DNA of 61,136 bases, filler included, from Bonamia ostreae (lineage: Eukaryota), in assembly GCA_040357525.1 (NCBI GenBank). It is 13 parts of 13 records of this genome, joined end to end, with 100 filler letters (N's around TTAATTAATTAA, not from the genome) between each part and the next. Parts side by side here need not be neighbours in the genome. Positions count along the whole stretch, not along the records: positions 19,002 to 23,634 come from JBDODL010000286.1; positions 23,735 to 28,356 come from JBDODL010000287.1; positions 28,457 to 33,072 come from JBDODL010000288.1; positions 33,173 to 37,779 come from JBDODL010000289.1; 9 more parts are not named here. The stretch is one strand, 5' to 3'. Shown here one piece after another: positions 22,191 to 34,796 of the stretch; position 1 is the first letter of the stretch; each line of letters opens with the position of its first letter. A model generated the notes under the pieces. It made no database searches and was not told the DNA's origin. It saw nothing but the letters and a program-made list of their open reading frames with translations. Both the position numbers and the translations under genes were made by a program.

Positions 22191-23634
22191 ATGGGCCCGG
22201 AAAACAAAATCCCTCACTTTTCAAGAAATACAACACAAGACAGTAAAGTGCATTTGTCCAAAACTGACAAAACACGCTTCAAATCACAAAAATCGCCCAA
22301 ACAAGAAATTTCCGATTTTGCCGGAAAAAAATATAGTTCTAGTTTTCAAAAAATCTCTATATTCAATTCCATTATTGGCAAAAATTTGAAAATTTTAAAA
22401 AAGATGGAAACGAGCCAAATGATCTAAATTATAAAAATGGACATTTACCGAAACGCTTTGGCGTTCTGTCCTTAAATGTAATTTTTTGCTAAAATTAGAA
22501 AAAGGAAAGACACAAAAGTATCGTCAATAGTTATCACACGAAAGTCTGTTCGGACGAAAAATCCAACAAATGTCCATACGACTTTTTCAAATGTTTTGAC
22601 TCTCATGAACCCAATTACATCCGCAGAGTTCCGTTCAAAGTTCTTAAATTTTTAAATTTAATTTTGACTTTTTTTTGTTTAATAAATTTTTTTATATTTT
22701 CCATCAAAAATTTTAAATTTTTAATTACATCAATATTATTGTTTAATAAAATATTGACTTTTTTTTTGTTTAATTACATCAAAAATTTTTAAATTTGAAT
22801 AATTTTTAAATTTCTAATTTTTGGAATTTTTAACTTTATCGTCAAAAGACAATTAACGGATGGAATTACAATTTCGAAATGTGTTATTTTTCAGAAAAGG
22901 GACTAAAATGTTCAAGTGGTTCGTCTTGTGTGTATTCGCACAGTAACGATGTTAATAAAAAGCTAAAATTTAAAATTTGTTTTAAAAGACGAAAATTTAA
23001 TATTTTTAATTTTTATCAAATCGAAAATTTTTGACAATTATCAAAAAGCTAAATTTTATTAAAATTTAGGAAAAATTTTACCATCCGGATGTTTTCAAAA
23101 AATCCCTTTGCAGTTCTTTTACATCAAACATCTCTTGTCCGCGTGGAAACTTTTGTTTCAGAGCGCATGGAAAAGATGATATTAGTTCTTTAAGCGATAA
23201 CGATTTTTTAGTTTCCAACAAAAATATTTTGTTTTTAAAATTTAGCTTTTTTCTAAAATTTTCGTTGTTGATTTTAAATTTGTTTATAGAGCCAAAAAAT
23301 CAACTTTAAAAATTTTTCCAAAAACTGAATCAAAATCTTCCCAAAATAACGATTTCGTAAAATTGACGGTCCATAATGCGACAAAAGTTTTTTATATAAA
23401 TGCTAAATTTTAAAGGATCCTAATTTTTATATGTTTGAATATAAAACAAAGCCTTGTTTAAACGTGCCTTGTAACAATATGCGATGTTGTACTAATTATC
23501 ATCACGAACAAGAACGCAGAAGATCTCCTCGGAATTATAAATATTCTGCTGAACCATGTGCGGCGTATTTAAAAATGACTAACTTAATTTTTGTTCAATC
23601 GATAAATTTTATATTTGTTCAAAATCGATAAATT
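22191..23634 (+). CDS. Unkempt-like CCCH zinc-finger RNA-binding protein (3' truncated)
   Basis: Spliced exons give YHTKVC..CPY..CFDSH..IRRVP, YHPDVFKKSLC..CPRGNFCFRAH and YKTKPCLNVPCNNMRCCTNYHHEQERRRSP..YSAEPC. Confidence 0.8.
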
Positions 23635-23734
23635 NNNNNNNNNNNNNNNNNNNNNNNNNNNNNNNNNNNNNNNNNNNNTTAATTAATTAANNNNNNNNNN
23701 NNNNNNNNNNNNNNNNNNNNNNNNNNNNNNNNNN

Positions 23735-26700
23735 ATGGTGTTGTTTGCGGAGAATGTGGAGGAAATATGCACTATGATCCAATTACTGCTAAATGTTACA
23801 AATGTGGACCTTTTATGGTACCAGATCAGAATTTAATCGATTGCTGTTTTTATTATAGTTGTTTGTTCATGTTTCAAAATTTATTATCTGCAAATTTGAT
23901 TTTTTGTTTCGTAATCCATTTAATCTACGGTTCCTGTTTACATGATCCAACCATGTAATCATTGTTACAAATCCTAAAGGGCTAACCCTTCCATTCCCAA
24001 TGTCTCCCTTTAGTTTCAAAGTTTAAATTGCGTCGACTACACACACGCCTTTGAATATTTACACTACCAGGTGTGAACTGAAGAGGACGATCAAGGCGTT
24101 GGTTAGGATTTGTTTCCTATATGACACCGTCTCTCATCAGAAAGGCAAAAATTAAAAAAAAATAGGAAAAACAATTCTATTATTTAAAAAGTGACATGCA
24201 GTGGAGATCAACATCCGATTGAAGGAGCTGCAAAATGTGGATCGTGTTCGCCAAGTCAATTTTTTAACACTATAAAATTGGATTGCAATGAATGCGATAG
24301 CAAAAGTATAGTTTCCATAGATAAAAGAAGCTGCAGTTTTAAATTTTTACTTTAATTGAAGTTGAATGTGATTTGTTGTCTTACCCGATTAAAAGCGGAT
24401 CAGAATGTGGCTACTGTGACATGAACACATTCTATTCGCAAAAGGAAAAGTCTTGTGTCGAGTGCCCTCAAAACGAGGCTCCTTTTAAGGATAGATCTGG
24501 TTGCCGTTTTTTTAATAAATATTTTTATCCGTTTACTAAATTGCAAAGCGAATATAAAATTTGCCGAAAGAAGACAGTTGAATAAAAATTGAAAATATTT
24601 TTAAAAAATAGAAAATTGTGCAAAAACAAACAAATTTGCTTTAAATGGTGAGACAACATGTTCAAATTGTCCATTGAATAAAATTTACAATTCAAAACGA
24701 AGAGAATGTGTCGATTGTGACGATAATTCAGTTCCCAGTTCAAACCAAACGTCCTGTGGTTTAATTGAACATTATTCAATATGTAAACAATCAAAATAAT
24801 TAATATTTCATGATAAATAATACGTACTCTGGATTTTGTATCTGTTAAAGTCGTGTCGAAAATTTCCTTTCTGGCTCAGATCACTTTAATGAGTTGAAAA
24901 TCTAAAAAATAAAAAGATATTTGTCCTGTTGGTACTTTCCCAATAGCATCCGGAAAAACTTGTGGAATATGCGCAAATGGTTTCTATCCCGATTCAATTA
25001 CTAAAAATTGTCTACTTTGCACTGATACAGCTGACAATGAATTTTGTGGTTTTATTTTTAAGTTATATTTTTGCAGAAAAATGTCCTTCGAAAACTTACA
25101 GAATGAAAAATGGAAAATGCTCTTTGTGTCCAAAACATCAAATTTTGAACATTGTTACGAATTTATGCGAAGAATGTCCTTTGTTTCAAGTTCCCAACGA
25201 AGATCAATCAATTTGCGGTTATTATTTTATTTTTATAATGTAAATGTTTTATATTAACAAAGTAATGTTAATTAATTAATATTTAAAGAGATTTGTGAAG
25301 AAGGAGAATATCCTATCGAAAAAGGTATGAAATGTGGAGTATGTGAAAAACACTATTATTATAAGGAGTCTTCGTTAATTTGCGAAAAATGCAACGATAA
25401 ATCCATTTCTGTTATAGCCAATATTCCCATTTGTCGTTTTAAAAATTTACATTGCAATAATAAAAAGAAAAATGTGAAGATAAAATGTATCCAATCGAAA
25501 AAGGAACAAAATGTGGGCAGTGTTCAATAGGACAAATTTATGATAAATTTACTTTAGAGTGTCTATCTTGTAACAACGACCAAATACCAGACGAAAATAA
25601 TCTTATGTGTGGTTACTATTTTAAAAACTAACAGTAATCCATATGAAAAAATCAATTTTCTTTAACATTGATCGCTAGTAATTTAAACTCAACAAAAAAG
25701 AAAAATGTGCTCAAGGGTTTTTCCCAATAAATTTCGAATGCAAAGAATGCCCATTGCAATTTATTTACAATCCATCATTTCTTCAATGCCAACAATGTCC
25801 AATTAAAACAGTTCCAAATTACGAACAAACCTTATGCGGTTCAAATTTTTTTCTTGTTATCACTCAAGAATATCATTATTTTTTATTTTAACAAAGTCAT
25901 TATTTATAATCTGGAAAAATATTCATGATCACTCAAAAATTTTCCTGATTATTGTTACCATCTTAAAAAAAAGTTGCTTGTGAAAAAAACAAACAAGCAG
26001 TAAAAAACGGAACGGAATGCAAAAAATGCTCAGCCAATCAGTTTTATGATACCCAAAAAAGAGATTGTTTTTTATGTGAAAGCAACAGTGTACCAAATTT
26101 ATCGAAGACGAGCTGCTGTTTCATTTAAATAAATATTTTAGCCGAATGCAACGATAACGAATTTGTTATTAGAAACGGAACCTTTTGCGGTTTGTGCCCA
26201 GATGGTCAATATAGAAACAACGGAATTTGTGAAAAATGTCCATTTCTGTCTATTCCGAAAGAAGATCAAACCGGCTGCATGCTTTGTCCTCCAGGAAATT
26301 ACGCAGACGCAAATCTCTCTGCATGTCTCCCCTGCAAACAGCATTTGTTTCTTAATGTCACGTCAGGAAACTGCGAAGAGTGTTTGGAAAACAAATTTCC
26401 CAATGAAGACAATACTGATTGCAGTTTTTAATTTTTTTTGGATTCAGAGTTTAAACAACATTTATTTTCACTTTCCTCATTTTGAGCATTTTAACAATTC
26501 GTTTGCCATTTAAAGTTATTGTTTGCCCCGATCAATATTGGCCTAATTTGGATGCCTGGCAATGTTTAAAGAAACCGCTTATTCGACTGACATGGTGGCA
26601 ACACATAACGATTGCTTGGCTTGCGTTGGCAACAATCGTTTTGTTGGGTATTTTTATTTTTTGGAATTATCCGTTTTACGAGTCAGTAGATTTGCCATTT

Positions 26701-26799
26701 GCGCCAGATGAAGATTTCTCTGATTATTACACTGACGTTGAAATAAAGAATGTAGAAGTTTTTCTTAACGAACAGGATATTTTAGTTGTAGAAGATTAA
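23735..26799 (+). CDS. Cys-rich repeat (GCC2/GCC3, furin/VSP-like) type-I surface protein, one repeat per exon; 5' truncated
   Basis: At least 12 six-Cys modules (C-x~12-CxxC-x~12-CxxC-x~12-C), TM HITIAWLALATIVLLGIFIFW and an acidic Tyr-containing tail. Confidence 0.88.
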
Positions 26800-27034
26800 A
26801 TGCCCAAATCTTATTATTGTTCGTATTTAAGTCAATCTTAACATGTGGATCTATTTTCTTTTTATATTAGTTACAATTTTAGATTATAATAATTTATATT
26901 TTGTTACAAACTCACAATGAGAATAAAAATTGTTCTAAAAATCAAACTGTTATAAATTTGATAATAGAAATGTTAAAAATTTTATAATAAAATCACGCAA
27001 TTTATTTTCCATGCAAAATTTAAATTATGAAAAA

Positions 27035-28306
27035 ATGGGATATCTTATTTGCTTCCTATTTATTTGTATTCCTCATTGTTATTCTCAAAACACACCAGTT
27101 TATAGTTTTGTTTTAAGATATGTAGTACAAACCAAAAAAATATTAACAAGTAAATTAAACATGTACTTTAAAAATTATCATAAAAAGGCGATAAAGTCTA
27201 TCTAGACACAACAACAATAAGAAATGACTGTTTAGACACAGACGGCAACAGAGTAATCTTTGCAAAGTGCGCTGAAAACAACAAAAATTTATTTTATTTC
27301 ACATCAGCATTCATTGGATCAATTAAACATTCGAAATCTAACAAATGTGTTTCTGTGGATGGTGATGACAATCTAGTGCTTACTATTTTAGAAGAAGATT
27401 GCAAAGATTTTGTTATTTATGATAATAACATCATCTTGCAACAAAAATTGTTTAGTTATTCAATAATGAACAAAAAAATGATTGCCTTTATAACTGGCGA
27501 CACGGAAGAATTTGTAATATTTAAGAACAAAATAGTTGTCCCACCTCCTGAAATTCTAAAGATCAGTTACTTTGGGGTTGAGGAAGAACCAAAAGAAATG
27601 ACTATAAAAATGATGAAACCGCGGTATCTAGAAATTTACAAAAATATTGAATTTCTAATCTATAATTCTGACATCGAGGAAGCATTAATTTTCGACCCAT
27701 TTGAAGAATTAACGTTGACAAAGGGGGATTTCAATTTTTTAAAAGCATTTAAATTGCGTTTTAGAAACAAAATAACGGGTCTGATGTCCGTAGAGCATCA
27801 TCAGAAGCCAACTTGTTACAGAGACTGTGGGGGTACAAATTGTTTTAAGACGGGGAAAACGTGTGAGAAATGCGAAGGAAATTTTTATATGAATTTACTT
27901 TTGGAGACTTGTGATAGATGTCCTGATAATATGGTGCCAGATGACGAAAATTCTGATTGCAGTTTAAATTTTTAATAGACTTTAAAATTTAGTTAAATGT
28001 TTACCGGGAATGAGACCGATAAAAAACGGGACAATATGTGGATATTGTGAAGATAACATGTACTACAATTATATAGAAGAAGAATGTCACTTTTGTGATG
28101 GCTTGACAAGTATTCCGAATTCAACAGTAGACGGATGCAGTTTCGAAACTAACTTTAAAAAGTATTTTGCAACAATGATGAATATGCTATTGAAGGAGGC
28201 ACAAGATGTGGAAAATGCAACGGAGTTAATCTTTATAATCCTGCTAAAAGAGAGTGTAAAACATGTCCAGAAAACAGCGCCTTAAACATGAAATCATTCG
28301 AATGCT
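27035..28306 (+). CDS. Paralogous surface protein: signal peptide, ricin-B-like domain, possible FN3-like region, then Cys-rich repeat exons; 3' truncated
   Basis: MGYLICFLFICIPHCYS; NDCLDTDGNRVIFAKC..IKHSKSNKCVSV. Repeat exons 27993-28139 and 28163-28306. Confidence 0.75.
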
Positions 28307-28770
28307 GTCTCAAAAATTTTAAAATTACAATTTAATTTTTTTGTAATTGTTTAAAANNNNNNNNNNNNNNNNNNNNNNNNNNNNNNNNNNNNNNNNNNNN
28401 TTAATTAATTAANNNNNNNNNNNNNNNNNNNNNNNNNNNNNNNNNNNNNNNNNNNNAATTAACAACTTCTGATAACTCTTATCTAGAAATGTTTAAAACA
28501 CCAATATCTTCGAAAAACGAAGCATTTATTGGGAAATTAAAATTTGATAATGGTTAACGTTTAATGGAAAATAGGATTAAACGGTTAACACTTAATGGAC
28601 AGTAGGATAAAATGGTTCACATTTGATTCTGCCATTATTTGGATAAAGTAGAAAGAGGATTTAAATTTTTATTGGTGTAGAAAAATTCCCAAACCCAAAA
28701 CTAGGAAAGACAACATATATAACTGATATTCAAACCAAATCTAAAAATAAACATAAGACAACAAACTTAA

Positions 28771-30043
28771 ATGTCTTTTTTAATGAACATTTTGATATTG
28801 GAAGGGTTATTGTTTGCAACAATTACAAGCACTGGCGATTTAGAATACTTGCCGTATGACGGGAAATCTGATTACAACAACTTTGACCACGGATTAGAAA
28901 ATATGGGCTTCAAGCCATTGGTTGATAGGAATCAGGCGGAAAGTCGCATAATTAAGTGCGCGAGCTCGGAAGATCGTTTCCTTTGCAATGGAAATATAAT
29001 GCGAGATTGGGTTTACACGCGCAATCCATTAAACCCTCCCGATGTTCTGTATTCCCAAATTCCCGATCTCAGCGAATGCGATTGTGTAAGTTTTTAGTTC
29101 TTCAAAACAATTTTGTCCTTTAAAATGTTACGAACTGTACTTTTGTGCCATTTTGGTAAAAATCGATGTAAAATTATTGTTTGAAGACAAAGAGAAATGG
29201 CTTTCAGAAAACCAGCACTGCCCCTTAAGCACTCCCTTGGGAAACCATGTCGCCGTGAAAGGCAATTTGTATCTTAAAAAAGACGCATTCGCGCACGAAA
29301 TTTGTTATCACAATCTAACGATAAAAACTTTGGTCGAATGCAGAAATGGGCGAAAAGTTGCTAGCGAGGGAAATCGCTGCGCCACGAGAAGAGGAACCCG
29401 CGCCTTTTGTCAAAATAAAGATTTGCCTGTCTTCGTAGTAACCCAACAATTTCCGGTCACTTACAAAACGGTCGGCTCTTCGATGAATGCCAGGTGTGAA
29501 AATGGCTACGCCGAATTTAAGCTCTTCTGCCAACAAAATGGCATTTTAGAACCCCAGATCAACGGAAAGAAAGTCAACATGACGGATGTTTGCAGCCAGA
29601 TTTGTTCTGAAAGAGAAAGAACTCTTTTCCTAGAAAGAAGTGCTTTCACAAACAAAGTCAAATCCGAACCTCGATCTGTTGAACCTCTCCAAAGCGATAG
29701 GGAAGCAGAGCCCGTCTGTTATGTCAGAAGTGGATGGAAGTTTCGATCGATCAACCGATCAAGTTGCGCCGAAGCACCAAAACACCAATTTGGTATTAAA
29801 GAGAAGGAGTTAGCTCATTGCAAAAATGCCCGGAGCGGAGAGATTTGCCAATTTGGATGTGTAATGTATATGAAGCAAATCGGGCAATTTGTTTGCTTTA
29901 ATGGGATTTGGATTTCAACTCACGATCCAGTATGCACCATTGCGTCATATGCTCGAGGAGTTATAGCACTTATTTTGGGAGTTTTAGTTTATGTCGGGAT
30001 TTACAGATTTACTTTGGATAGAGATATATTAATTATTGAATAA
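28771..30043 (+). CDS. Cys-rich type-I membrane protein with a membrane-proximal sushi/CCP-like domain
   Basis: Signal peptide and one intron at ~29090-29186. CAEAP...CKNARSGEICQFGC..MKQIGQFVCFNGIW....PVC precedes TM GVIALILGVLVYVGIY. Confidence 0.7.
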
Positions 30044-30315
30044 ATGGGTGTCTTTATAAATCGTCTTTTTATTTTTTGACGATTTTTTATTGTTTTCTAT
30101 AAACGCCTTCTTTAGACTAAAATTTCAGTCTTCGGCAATTATTGCAATATTTTGCAATTTTAGATTTGTTTCTCTTACAACATTTTAGTTTTGTGCAATT
30201 TTTACAATTTTTCGCGCTCCCATTTCGCTTTAGGTTTATCCGCAATCCTTAACAAAACGAAATCGCAAAAGTTAACAAATCTTAAACAGACAGATATATT
30301 TACAATAAGAAATTA

Positions 30316-31964
30316 ATGGCCAGATCATTTTTTCTATACTCTTTCTTAACAATCTATACAATTTATATAATTATCGGCATCAAATTCTTAAAAGTGCACC
30401 GTGAAAAATTGCCTGAAACCGCAAAACTAGTTATATAAAAAAAATTCAGAAAAAAAGTTTCAATGTTCCTCTAGACATTAATCTGCACTTCATAGGATTT
30501 ACTGGTAATTTTGTAAAAGACGTTGACACCCAGTCTCAAAAATTATCTTTATTTATCAACGAAAAGGCGAAAAAAAATTTGCTCGTAAAAATGCATTTTT
30601 TCACTTCAAAAGAAATCCCAAACAAAAAATTAGAAGGAATTAACAATTTTTATGTCGTAACAAACAAAGAAAGTAGCAGAAAATTTCAAAATATAAATTC
30701 AACCTGGACTTTATTGGAAGACTCTTCAGCCATTTTAAAAATCGACCAAAATTGTTTTTTAAGTAATAAAAAAGTTGAAATTGGACGATTTTGGGACGAT
30801 TTTGTAGATTTTTTGAAAAATAAAATCTTTCTGACGAAGAATAAAACGACTGTAAATAATTCGAAGACTTTCGATTTGTTGAACGAAAACAAATACATTT
30901 TTTCGTTTTCTTTGTTGAACTCTTTGCCTTCAGATCTCGTTTTCACGTGGAATTTTGATGACATCTATCAAAGTTAAAATTTTGCAATAAAAGAGTACTT
31001 GAGAACGTTTTTGGATAAAATGTCGTTTTTGGATATAAAAATTGACGCGCAAATAAAGAATTACGGCCAGATATCGAAAAATCGATATTTGTTCGATTCA
31101 AAAGATTCAAAATTCTATCTGAAAAAGAAGAACTTGAACAGTTTCATCGGCAAAACGCGATGGAATTCAAGTGAATTTTTAATTTAACAAAAAGAATCGT
31201 TAGACCCGGAATACCAAACGGTCAATTTTCTGGTTTTCGTTCCGCCATTGGAAAAGCAACCTTTGGAAATAAGAACCACTAAAAACAAAGCAAAAGCGTT
31301 CATTGTGCCGAAATGGGGTGGCGTGACGATCTGGAACGTCCCGAAAAGTGCTCGAAGTCAGTGCAAAAACAATATTTGTTTTGTCCAATCTGAGGAGTTT
31401 TTGCCTCAAATGGAAACTTTTGCTTATCAGATCAGACTAATGCTTGGTTTAGAAGACAACGGTGGCGCCAATGGTTTCAATGGTTTGATATTAAATATGG
31501 CAATGTCGATACAATTTTTCTACTTTATAACGAAAAATCAAAATTTTAATTTTTGAGAAATGGAATTACAGGCGATTTGTATCGAAAGAATACTCAGAAA
31601 CATAAAAAAGTTTAAAGAAAAAATATTCTCTCTTTATACACAATTTGATACTCTTCAGCAGTTACCGATTCGGAAAGAAGTCTCTCTTCTTATACGGAAA
31701 TCTATGGACCACTACGAAAATGTTTGTAAAATCAATTGAAAGGCTGAAAAAGAATGCGCCGAGTCAGATTTGAAAAACTGTCTAAAAAGTTCAATGAGCG
31801 CTTTGGAACTAATTTCTAAAGCGTACTTTGATTCTTCGATCGTGTCAAAATTATATTTTTCGACCGAATATGTTTTGACCATTTTTGCGCCTTATTTAAT
31901 CATCGCCACTATTCCCGTTTTAAAGGCGGTTTTTGCGGATGTAAAGAAATGGATGAGAAATTAA
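30316..31964 (+). CDS. PIGS: GPI transamidase subunit PIG-S/Gpi17
   Basis: N-terminal TM, AFIVPKWGGVTIWN, QIRLMLGL and C-terminal AYFDSSIVSKLYFSTEYVLTIFAPYLIIATIPVL. Confidence 0.85.
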
Positions 31965-33299
31965 ATTTGTAAGATTTTTGTTCAGAAAAAGTTTCTAAGA
32001 TTATTTTCCTAAACTTTTTGAGGCAAAATTTATTATCGTTGAAAATGCAAATTTTTCCGGTTAAGCGATAATCAGAAAACAATAAAAACGATTATAATAA
32101 GATAATCTGAAAATACGAAATCCCGATTATTTTGCTAAATCGGTAAAAATACTAAAGTTAGAAATTTAGTCATACGAAGAATCGCTATTTTTATAAAAAG
32201 TTTTGTTTTGGGAATCGTCAAAATAACTTCTTTTCTGACATATCCACCATGGCGGTTTTTTTACTTTACTTTTCGTAGGTTTATCAGGCCATTTTCCCGA
32301 TTTTTTAAAACTGTCAGAAATGCTTTTTGTTCTCGTTTTGCTTTTTGATTTCTTTTTATTTTTGCTTTTTAAAGATTTACTATTTGATTTTTCGCTCTTT
32401 TTATACGGTTTTAAAGTTTCTTCTTTGTTGCTGAAATCGCCGTCTTTTTGATGTTACAAAAAAGATCATTAATATTCCAAAAACATTGTTACCGGATGTT
32501 AAAAACATGAACTTCGGATGTTTTTGTCTGTGGCATATCCATCAACTTTCGACATTGAGGAAATCTTTAAATTGCGTTTCTTCATTAGTTCTTTTAAACA
32601 TTTCCGTAAATTTGGAAAGTACTTTCTTAATTCTTCGTCTTTTTTGGTGGCGTTTTTAATATTGATTTCCGAATCATTTTGCAAAATATTGTCTCTGTTA
32701 TCAATAGCGATGACCAAATCATTTTCTGAACTATTTCCATTGTCAACTAAAATGTTTTCTTCAGTACTTTCAAAATTATTGTAACAAAAATAATTTTGAA
32801 AATTTTTCCTCTCCATTTTTTTTTAATCAGTTTGTCTTTTTCTTCGACGTTTTCAATAAGTTCCGCAATTTGGTCTGATCCTGTCTTCAACTTGGATTTT
32901 AATGTTCTTTTTTCTATTCTGTTTTTGGCTAGTTTAGAGTTTAGGAAGGATATTGTTTGAAGAATCTTTGTCACATGTTGTTTTTCAAGTGACGAGTTTT
33001 TGACTATGTCTTCTATAAAATTTGCAATATTATTTTGTTACATTTTAGAACATGTTTTTTTTTTAATTTTTTNNNNNNNNNNNNNNNNNNNNNNNNNNNN
33101 NNNNNNNNNNNNNNNNTTAATTAATTAANNNNNNNNNNNNNNNNNNNNNNNNNNNNNNNNNNNNNNNNNNNNTTAAAAAGTGAAATAAAAAATTGCGAAA
33201 AAAATCGATCGTTTTTAAAATTGAAATTTCAGAAAATTGTTAAATTACTAAATTTGTTCAAACTACAAATTTGACCAATTAATAACAAAACTCAAAATA

Positions 33300-34500
33300 A
33301 CAACAAAAACATGAATATTCAACGACAAATAATTTTCATTAGCGCGGATTAAAGCTTCTTTGTGGAGATTGGTTTTGTCCATGCCGTCTGAATATCTTGA
33401 TTTGTGAATATTGCGATTCGTTGTAGCCAAATCGCCCAAACTATTGTAATCGCCATTTGAAGCTGTGTAAGGAGAAGAAGGAATGTCATTATTCTTTAAA
33501 TAATCGATTTATATTTTCGAAAGAAAATTCAAAATTTTCACATTTTTAAAATAATCTCAATATATTAGATAACAAAATTAAAAGACCGATGGAAAATGGT
33601 TCATTTTAAATTTAAACCTTAACTTTTATAGTAAAGTTATATATCTTCTTAATTTCGTCCGGCAATTCCCAGCTCGTTTTGTTTTCCGACGCGTTGTAAA
33701 AATAAATTTTTGGTGCTTCAGGGTCGTCAATGACCCACCATTCTGTTTTTGGAATGCGCTGGCTTTTCTTTTGACGATTTGATTTGTTCTTTTTCGTTTC
33801 TGTGTTACGTGCACTTTTTATTTCGCATTTGGCCGTTTTTACAAAATTAAATTTTTTCGTTTTTTAGCGTTTATTTAGTAAAAACGCTGTTTCTTCGAGT
33901 GGTTTTGTGTTTTTGAAATCGATGGGCATTTTGATGCCAGTTTTGTTTCTCTGTCATTTATAATATTTTATTTTTGCCAAAACAATCGCTTTTTAATAAT
34001 TTGCAAATTTTTGCGTAAACAATCGCTTTTTAATATTTGCATAAACAATCGTTTTTTAATAATTTGCAAATTTTTGCGTAAACAATCGTTTTTTAATAAT
34101 TTGCAAATTTTTGTGTAAACAATCGCTTTTTAATGTTTGCAAATTTTTGCGTAAACAATCGTTTTTTAATAATTTGCAAATTTTTGCGTAAACAATCGCT
34201 TTTTAATAATTTGCAAATTTTTGCAATTCAATCAAATTTTCGATAAAAAACGATTTTTAAAATAGCGTCCAAATTTTCTTTTACAAAATCTTCTGGCAAT
34301 CTCCAACATGTCGTTTTCAAAGCGGCATTATAAAAATACACTTTCTCGTTATTTTCGCTAATGATCCACCACTCCGATCTCTCGATCTGCACGCTCTTCT
34401 TCCCGTCCTTTCTGATTTCCTCTTTTTCATCCTACACGAAAATATAAAAATATCAAACCTTTATTATTTTTGGTTCAATAATGCCCTTATTTTCCGTCAT
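33300..34500 (-). CDS. Tandem WW-domain protein
   Basis: SEWWIISENNEKVYFYNAALKTTCWRLP and TEWWVIDDPEAPKIYFYNASENKTSWELP. 3' end uncertain. Confidence 0.75.
33979..34225. repeat. Intronic minisatellite (~36-bp unit, ~7 copies)
   Basis: aaacaatcgctttttaataatttgcaaatttttgcgt is repeated with variants. Confidence 0.9.
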
Positions 34501-34796
34501 AAAATGTTATGGCAGCGTGTAATAATACTTTTCTTTATCTTGCATATTTTTATACGAGCACTTTTATAAAATTAAACGGCTTTGCAACTTTTCGTTTCGT
34601 TTTATTAAATTATGTAATAAAACTAAAATTTGACGAAAAGTTTTATATTTGTTTTAATAAAATTTCAAATACGAATGGAGTATTTTTAACAAAAAACGTA
34701 TTTTAACAAAGATTCGATCAAATCTCAATAAACTAAATTTCTTTGTGAGCGAAAATTTTAAAATTTGTTGAGATTCAAATTTACAAAATAAATTTA

